The position numbers and the translations under genes are program-made. From contig JAQBHI010000177.1 of the NCBI GenBank assembly GCA_032127875.1, forward strand, positions 2,609 through 66,608: a stretch of 64,000 nucleotides of DNA, written 5' to 3'. Shown in pieces: positions 58,077 through 64,000 of this stretch; within the stretch, counting starts at the first letter, position 1, and every line of letters begins with the position of its first letter. This DNA is from Acidobacteriota bacterium (lineage in GTDB: Bacteria > Acidobacteriota > Vicinamibacteria > Fen-336). Below the pieces are notes generated by a model. It searched no databases, had not been told where the DNA came from, and worked only from the letters and a program-made list of their open reading frames with translations.

Positions 58077-58439
58077 GTGAAGGCCAAGCCGCGAGCTTCC
58101 CGCCGACGCGCTGCCGATCACAGCCACGGCGCTCGCGTCCCGCGCTATGGGACCGAAGCGCTCGAGCGCGCCGGGCGGCTCTTCAAGAGCCTCGGCGATT
58201 CGGAGCGGCTGCAGATCCTGGAACTGCTGGCAGCGGGGGAGTCGTGCGTGTCGGAGATCGCGGAATCGACGCGCGCCGAGCTCTCGACCGTCTCTCAGCG
58301 GTTGCGACTGCTGCGCACCGAGGGGCTCGTGCATCGCCGCCGCGAAGGCAAGCATATCTTCTACTCGCTCTCCGACCGCCACGTCGCCGGCCTGATCCAG
58401 AACGCCCTCGAGCACATTAGTGAAAGAACGGGGGAGTAA
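58077..58439 (+). CDS. ArsR/SmtB family metal-sensing repressor with alpha5 site
   Basis: FK.LGD..RL.IL, CV.EIA, VSQ.LR.LR..GLV..RREGK...Y; DxH-x10-HxxE. Confidence 0.92.
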   Translation: MKAKPRASRRRAADHSHGARVPRYGTEALERAGRLFKSLGDSERLQILELLAAGESCVSEIAESTRAELSTVSQRLRLLRTEGLVHRRREGKHIFYSLSDRHVAGLIQNALEHISERTGE

Positions 58440-58526
58440 CGGCAAAGCGCACCTTCGCGCGCCCTAGCTACGGGTTGCGCTCCCACGGGCCGTACATCGC
58501 GAAGCCAAGCCCCGCGCTCACGGAAG

Positions 58527-58555
58527 TTGACAACGGTGCGGCTGCCCGGGACGAT
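58527..58555 (+). promoter_or_regulatory. Sigma-70 promoter, leaderless for the aminopeptidase P gene
   Basis: TTGACA, 17 bp, GACGAT, 6 nt, ATG 58562. Confidence 0.55.
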
Positions 58556-58561
58556 CGGGCG

Positions 58562-59890
58562 ATGTCGACAAGGCTCTACCGGCGGCATCGCCTCGCCCTC
58601 ATGCAGCGGTTGCCCGACGGGCTGATCGTTCTCGGGGCGGCGCCCGAGCGGTTTCGCAACGGTGACGTGCACTTCGCCTATCGCCAGTCCTCCGACCTCC
58701 TGTACTTGACCGGTGTCTCCGAACCCGGCTGCCTGCTCCTGCTCGATCCGGCACGCGGCAGCGAGACGCTGTTCGTGCCACGACTCACGCAGCAGCATGC
58801 CGTCTGGCTGGGACACATCCCGAGCGCTCGCGAGGCCCGCATGCGCTTTGGCATCCGCTCCGTGCGCTATCGCGACGAGCTGGCTGCGGTGCTCCAGGCT
58901 CGCGCTCATCGGCTCGTGCATGTCGATGCGTTTGCCGCCCACTTCGTGAAGAGGCTGCGCCCTGGCGTCCGGCTGCAGCGCAGGGAACTGCGAGTCGCGC
59001 TCGACGAGGCGCGCCTCGTGAAGGATGCGGAAGAGCTCGCACTGCTGCGGCGGGCGAGCGCCGCCACGGCAGCGGGCCATCTGGCCGCGATGCGCTTCGC
59101 GCGCGCCGGGCTCTACGAATACCAGGTGCAGGCCGAGCTCGAACGCCACTTCCGGCATGCCGGCGGCACCGATCTCGGTTACACGTCGATCGTGGCGGCG
59201 GGGCGCAGTAGCGCTGTGCTGCACTACCGGACGAACAACGCGCGGCTACGCCGCGGCGAACTGCTGCTGATCGACGCCGGTTCCGAGTACCGTGGCTACA
59301 CGGCTGACGTGACACGCACCTTCCCCGTGAGCGGTCGTTTCAGCGCGCGGCAGCGCGACGTCTATTCGATCGTTCTCGAAACGCAGGAGCGCTGCATCGA
59401 CTTCGCACGCGCCGGCAATACCAGCGTGGACTTGCAGCGGCTCGCCGAGCGTTGCCTGGCGGAGGGGCTTCGGGATCTCGGGCTGCTGCGCGGCAGCCTC
59501 GACGAGCTGACGCACAGCGAAGCCGTGCGGCTGTTCTTTCCCCACGGCATTGGCCACACGCTGGGCCTCGATGTCCACGATACCCAGGGCAGCCCAACCC
59601 GGCAGCTTCGCAAGACCAAGGCTGCTCGCATCCGCTTCCGCGCGCGCCTCGATCCGGGCTTCGTGATCACGATCGAACCGGGGATCTATTTCATCGCGGC
59701 GCTGCTCTACGACCGCGCGCTGCGCCGCAGGCATCGCAGCCGGATCGACTTCACGAAGGCCGAGCGCTTTCTCGACTTCGGCGGCGTTCGCATCGAGGAC
59801 GACGTGGTGGTGCGGCGCAAGGGCCCGCCCGAGAACCTGACCCGCGTCCCGAAGAGCCTCGGAGACATCGAGGTGGCGTGCGACGCTTGA
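58562..59890 (+). CDS. pepP: Xaa-Pro aminopeptidase (M24B)
   Basis: RQ.S...YLTG, LHY, LLIDAG.E..GY.ADVTRTFP, HG.GH.LGLDVHD, TIEPGIY, GVRIEDD. Confidence 0.9.
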   Translation: MSTRLYRRHRLALMQRLPDGLIVLGAAPERFRNGDVHFAYRQSSDLLYLTGVSEPGCLLLLDPARGSETLFVPRLTQQHAVWLGHIPSAREARMRFGIRSVRYRDELAAVLQARAHRLVHVDAFAAHFVKRLRPGVRLQRRELRVALDEARLVKDAEELALLRRASAATAAGHLAAMRFARAGLYEYQVQAELERHFRHAGGTDLGYTSIVAAGRSSAVLHYRTNNARLRRGELLLIDAGSEYRGYTADVTRTFPVSGRFSARQRDVYSIVLETQERCIDFARAGNTSVDLQRLAERCLAEGLRDLGLLRGSLDELTHSEAVRLFFPHGIGHTLGLDVHDTQGSPTRQLRKTKAARIRFRARLDPGFVITIEPGIYFIAALLYDRALRRRHRSRIDFTKAERFLDFGGVRIEDDVVVRRKGPPENLTRVPKSLGDIEVACDA

Positions 59891-60026
59891 GCAGACTTTG
59901 TTGCATCAGGCGCCTCGCCTAGACTCCCGCGCCGAGCCCTTGCCTCGGCCACGCGGTACTTCTAGTAAGCTAACGAACGTGCAAGCCATCTCGGATCCCA
60001 CTTCCAGCACTCAGAAGGTGGACCTG

Positions 60027-61241
60027 ATGCGCCGTTTGCTTCCCGGGCTCCTCGCTCCGACCACGCTGCTGTTTCTGGCCGCTTCACCGGCTGCCGATCC
60101 CGTCGAGCAGGCGCGCGCCCTGATGCGGGGCACGCCGCTCATCGATGGCCACAACGACTACCCGTGGCAGGTCCGCGAGAAGGCCGGTCTCGAGCTCGCG
60201 AAGCTCGATCTGCGGCAGCCGCAGCCGGCGCTCCACACCGATCTCGCCCGGCTGCGGGCCGGGCAGCTCGGCGGTCAGTTCTGGTCGGTCTACGTGCCGG
60301 TCGAGATGAAAGGCCCCGAGGCGACGCGCGCCACGCTGGAGCAGATCGATCTCGTCTACGGGATGGTGCGGCGCTATCCGGACGTCTTCGAGATTGCGCA
60401 GAGCGCCGCCGATGTCGAACGCATCTTCAAGGCCGGCAAGATCGCGTCGATGATCGGCGTCGAAGGCGGCCACTCGATCGACTCTTCGCTGGGAGCGCTG
60501 CGGATGCTCTACCGCCTGGGCGCGCGCTACATGACGCTCACCCACACCTCCAACACGCCGTGGGCCGACTCGGCGACCGACGATCCGAAGAGCGGCGGGC
60601 TCACGCCCTTCGGCGAGGACATCGTGCGTGAGATGAATCGGCTCGGCATGCTGGTCGATCTCTCCCACGTTTCTCCGGACACGATGCGCGCGGCGCTGCG
60701 GGTGTCGAAGTCGCCCGTGATCTTCTCCCACTCCTCGGCGCGGGGTGTCTGCGACTCGCCGCGCAACGTCCCCGACGACGTGCTGGCGCTCGTCGCGAAG
60801 AACGGGGGCGTCGTGATGGTGACCTTCGTGCCCGCCTTCACGGCACCCGAAGGCGCCCATGTGGTAAACGAGGTCCTGGCCGAGAAACGCCGTCTCGAGG
60901 CGCTGCATCCCGACGACGCCAAGGCAGCGGAAGCGGCCCTGAAGGTATGGCGCACGGCGCATCCTGAACCGAAGGCGACGCTCGCCCAGGTTGCCGATCA
61001 CATCGACCACATCCGCAAGCTGGCGGGCATCGATCACATCGGCATCGGTGGTGATTTCGACGGCACCGAGTCGCTGCCGCAGGGCCTCGAGGACGTCTCG
61101 AAGTACCCGGATCTGATCGCCGAATTGATCCGTCGCGGCTACTCCGACGACGACGTCCAGAAGATCCTCGGCAAGAACGTGCTGCGAGCCATGCGGGGCG
61201 CGGAGGACGTCGCGACCCGCCTCGCGAGCCAGAAGCCCTAG
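60027..61241 (+). CDS. Membrane dipeptidase (M19, renal dipeptidase family), secreted
   Basis: IDGHND, QFWSVY, EGGH, TLTH, DLSH, FSHS, G.GGDFDG. Confidence 0.93.
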   Translation: MRRLLPGLLAPTTLLFLAASPAADPVEQARALMRGTPLIDGHNDYPWQVREKAGLELAKLDLRQPQPALHTDLARLRAGQLGGQFWSVYVPVEMKGPEATRATLEQIDLVYGMVRRYPDVFEIAQSAADVERIFKAGKIASMIGVEGGHSIDSSLGALRMLYRLGARYMTLTHTSNTPWADSATDDPKSGGLTPFGEDIVREMNRLGMLVDLSHVSPDTMRAALRVSKSPVIFSHSSARGVCDSPRNVPDDVLALVAKNGGVVMVTFVPAFTAPEGAHVVNEVLAEKRRLEALHPDDAKAAEAALKVWRTAHPEPKATLAQVADHIDHIRKLAGIDHIGIGGDFDGTESLPQGLEDVSKYPDLIAELIRRGYSDDDVQKILGKNVLRAMRGAEDVATRLASQKP

Positions 61242-61321
61242 GAAACTCGGGGGGGGGCACGGAACCACGCACCCGCCGCGTTCCCCCCAGCCGCTCCGCG
61301 CCCGAGGAATCCGGCACTCCG

Positions 61322-62875
61322 CTACGCTTCGTCGAGCGAGCCGCGCACGGCGCGCAGCAACGCCTCGGTTGTGAACGGCTTCGCCAGGATCAACGTGCCC
61401 GGGTTGAGGCGCTCCGTGCTGATCGATTCGTCCGAGTATCCCGACATATACAGGACGCGAGTCGTGGGACGTTCCTGCCGCAACTGGTCGGCGACAGCTT
61501 GCCCGCTCGCACCCGGCATGACCACGTCGGTGAGGACGAGGTGGATCGGCCCCAGGTGTGTGGTGCCGATACGCTCGGCGGCCTCGGGACCGCTGGCCTC
61601 GATCACCGTGTAGCCGGCCTCCACCAGGATCTCCCCGACCATCTCGCGCAGCGCCGCCTCGTCTTCCACTATCAGGATCGTCTCCTGGCCCTGGGAAGGA
61701 GGCGCGACACTCGCTTTTTCCGCAGCTGGGGCGCTGGCGCTCGCAGCGCGCGGAAGGTGGATCAGGAAGGTGGCGCCCTCGCCTGGAGCGCTGGCCACGT
61801 CGATCGTGCCACCGGCCTGCTGGACGATTCCGAAGACCATGGCCAGGCCCAGGCCGGTGCCCTTGTCCTTGGCCTTCGTCGTGAAGAACGGCTCGAAGAT
61901 TCGCGACATCGTGGCGCCATCCATTCCGGTGCCCGTGTCGCTCACCTTGAGCTGCACGTAGGAGGCGGCCGGCTTTGTGAAGTCCGGCCCAGGCCGCGTT
62001 ACGTTGGCGGTTTCGACGACGACCCGGCCCCCCCGCGGCATGGCATCGCGGGCGTTCACCGCCAGGTTCATGACCACCTGCTCCATCTGTCCGGCATCGG
62101 CGAGCACGGGCCAGAGATCCGGGGCTGGAGAAAAGACCAGCCGCATGTCTTCCCCGATCAGGCGGCGCAGCATCGCCTCCATGTCGCCGATCACCGTGTT
62201 GAGGTCGAGCGGCCCGGCTTCGACGACCTGCTTGCGGCTGAACATGAGCAGGCGGCGCGTGAGCTGGGCGGCCCGTTCTGCGGCCCGCCGCACCTGCTCG
62301 ATCCGCGCCTGCCCCTTGTGATCCGCTGGAAGCTCGCGCGTCAACAGCTCCGCATAACCCGTGATCACGTTCAGTAGGTTGTTGAAATCGTGCGCGACAC
62401 CGCCGGCGAGACGGCCCACGGCCTCCATCTTTTGCGCCTGCAACAGTTGGGCTTCGCTATGCCGCATGGCTTCGCCGGCCTGGTGCCGCTGAGTCTCGTC
62501 CTCCACGATGCCGATCGTCCACAGCAGCCTGCCGTCGAGCCGCACTGGCGCCGTGCGCAGATGCCACCAGGCGATCTTCCCGTCGGCGTGCAGGTAGCGG
62601 GCGACCTCATCGTAGTCCCGGCCCGCCTCCGAGGAAGCTGTGGCCGCAGCCACGATGCGGGAGCGGTCTTCGGGGTGTATGGCCTCGAGCCATGCGCCGC
62701 CGAGGATCTTGGAGACAGGTTGCCTTGCCAGCCGCTCGAGGCTCGGGTTGACGTAGATGGTCCGGCCCGCAGGCTCGTTCAGAAAGATCCCGACCGGCGC
62801 GGCATCGCACAAGGCGCGGAACACGCGGTCCTCAGAGCTGCCGTCAGGCGCTGCGCTCAGGCCCGGAACGATCAT
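61322..62875 (-). CDS. Cytoplasmic hybrid histidine kinase (PAS-HisKA-HATPase-receiver, CckA-like)
   Basis: HPEDR PAS, QKMEAVGRLAGGVAHDFNNLL, NARDAMP.GG, FEPFFTTK, GTGLGL, TDVVMP receiver. Confidence 0.95.
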   Translation of the reverse strand: MIVPGLSAAPDGSSEDRVFRALCDAAPVGIFLNEPAGRTIYVNPSLERLARQPVSKILGGAWLEAIHPEDRSRIVAAATASSEAGRDYDEVARYLHADGKIAWWHLRTAPVRLDGRLLWTIGIVEDETQRHQAGEAMRHSEAQLLQAQKMEAVGRLAGGVAHDFNNLLNVITGYAELLTRELPADHKGQARIEQVRRAAERAAQLTRRLLMFSRKQVVEAGPLDLNTVIGDMEAMLRRLIGEDMRLVFSPAPDLWPVLADAGQMEQVVMNLAVNARDAMPRGGRVVVETANVTRPGPDFTKPAASYVQLKVSDTGTGMDGATMSRIFEPFFTTKAKDKGTGLGLAMVFGIVQQAGGTIDVASAPGEGATFLIHLPRAASASAPAAEKASVAPPSQGQETILIVEDEAALREMVGEILVEAGYTVIEASGPEAAERIGTTHLGPIHLVLTDVVMPGASGQAVADQLRQERPTTRVLYMSGYSDESISTERLNPGTLILAKPFTTEALLRAVRGSLDEA

Positions 62876-63016
62876 GCTGTCGACTTGGGCGCCGGAGCCG
62901 CAAGGTTCTCGGCGGCGCGGCGCACCCGGCTCGCGAGGAATGAAACTGCGACAGGCCAGGACGGATCTGACATCGACCCCCCGCGCTTACTGGAACCGGC
63001 AAAGCAGTAGCTGCCG

Positions 63017-63040
63017 GAACGTATAGTCTACTATACATTC
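63017..63040. promoter_or_regulatory. AT-rich inverted repeat, candidate operator
   Basis: GAAC-GTATAGT-CT-ACTATAC-ATTC (10 of 11 arm positions complementary) in a divergent intergenic region. Confidence 0.5.
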
Positions 63041-63248
63041 AACCTCGATCAGCCCCCGACCACCGCTTAGGGCAATTCTCCCGGGCCTGGCCGCGAAGCG
63101 CCCGACTGGCCAGGCGTCGTCCCGCGTCGGAAAGCTGGTAAGACACTGAATCAAAAGACGAAGGAGCCATACCGGGCCGCGGCACGGGCTTGCTTCATGG
63201 GTTTGTCGAAGTCGGGCCCCGCGGGAGGGCGTGCCCCGGATCGCCCCG

Positions 63249-63401
63249 GTGGGCGTCCCCGGGGCTGGGAAACAGGGATTTGCCCTGAAGCCTTCTGCGC
63301 GCATACTCGTCGTCGACGATCAAGTGGAGAACGTCGATCTGCTGAGCGAAATGCTTCAGGCCGAGCGGCTGCACGCCGCGTTCACGGCCTGCCCGTCGTG
63401 A
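63249..63401 (+). pseudogene. Truncated response-regulator receiver remnant
   Basis: ARILVVDDQVENVDLLSEMLQAE (beta1-alpha1) then stop after 11 more codons; no phosphoacceptor Asp or conserved Lys. Confidence 0.55.
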
Positions 63402-64000
63402 TTCCGAGGCCCGGTCTTCGCATCACGCTGGGGGGTGACCGCCGGGCCGTGGCTGCGTGGACGCAGCTGCTCCAATCACCCGGCACCCAAATCGTCCAGG
63501 TAGTCAGCCCCGATGCGGCCGCCGCGGAGGATCCGACGCTCGCCGTGTTTTTCGCTGCGCCCGAGGACGCGGCTTCGGTCGCCCAGGAGGTTTCGGCCAC
63601 CGGGCTCGCCTTCTCTCTGGTGGTCGGCGACGGGGTGGATCACCCCCACACACGGCTTTTGCACGACCTGATCGAGGCGAAGCGCGACTGGCAGGGCGCC
63701 TTCGATGCGATGGTCGATCCCCTCGCCGTGGTCGACTTGCACGGAACCATCGTCCGCGCCAATCTGGCGCTCGCGCGTGCCCTGGGCTGCCCTGTGACCG
63801 CCGTCGTCGGCGCCGACTACCGCTCGCTCCTCGGCGAAGCCGAAGCGCCCCTCGAAGATCCGATCGTGCGCAGCATCGCGAGCGCTCTCGCCACCACCGC
63901 CGAGGGCCGCTTCGCGCACCTGCCGGGGACCCGGCAGATCACGGTCTCGCCGCTGCAAAGCGAAGAAGGCCACGTCCGCGGGGCTGCGGTAGTGCTGAAG
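63398..64000 (+). CDS. PAS-domain sensor protein (probably histidine kinase), 3' truncated by window edge
   Basis: GTG overlapping upstream TGA; AKRDWQGAFDAMVDPLAVVD..G.IVRAN.A; frame open to the end. Confidence 0.75.
   Translation, partial: MIPRPGLRITLGGDRRAVAAWTQLLQSPGTQIVQVVSPDAAAAEDPTLAVFFAAPEDAASVAQEVSATGLAFSLVVGDGVDHPHTRLLHDLIEAKRDWQGAFDAMVDPLAVVDLHGTIVRANLALARALGCPVTAVVGADYRSLLGEAEAPLEDPIVRSIASALATTAEGRFAHLPGTRQITVSPLQSEEGHVRGAAVVLK

Noticed and set aside
63180-63194. Sigma-54 promoter-like CGGCACGGGCTTGCT
   Set aside because: GG-to-GC spacing is 9, not the required 10; valid only if a base is missing from the assembly

Overview
High-GC bacterial chromosome segment. GWxTD, PEGA, VPS10/BNR, DUF5916-like and many GT-C genes suggest Acidobacteriota, probably Vicinamibacteria-like; this is an inference. 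About 50 tightly packed genes cover: envelope functions (lpxB, stand-alone transpeptidase, EnvC, a CtpA-like pseudoprotease, MltG, amidase, five GT-C-type membrane proteins), a housekeeping operon (xseA-xseB-ispA-tlyA-nadK), korAB, two-component systems and many peptidases/amidohydrolases. I found no rRNA, tRNA, CRISPR array, transposase or prophage. The most interesting stretch is 30.3-36.6 kb. It holds (i) a stand-alone ~205-nt multi-hairpin RNA with its own sigma70 promoter and terminator that I cannot assign to a known family; (ii) a single 568-aa ORF that appears to fuse PilO-, PilN-, two secretin N0/STN- and PilP-like domains with no secretin barrel; and (iii) a porin / FMN-binding protein / His-bearing membrane protein operon with a Fur-like operator, a convergent apbE and a decayed DUF4198 gene. 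Other oddities are a CX5CX2C radical SAM whose frame stays open back to the amber stop of the upstream response regulator, a probable ATT start on the RRM gene, pervasive leaderless promoters, and several lesions (xseA frameshift, amber stop in an NtrC-like activator, three internally deleted genes) that could be decay or assembly error. All domain calls are by-eye motif recognition, not database searches.
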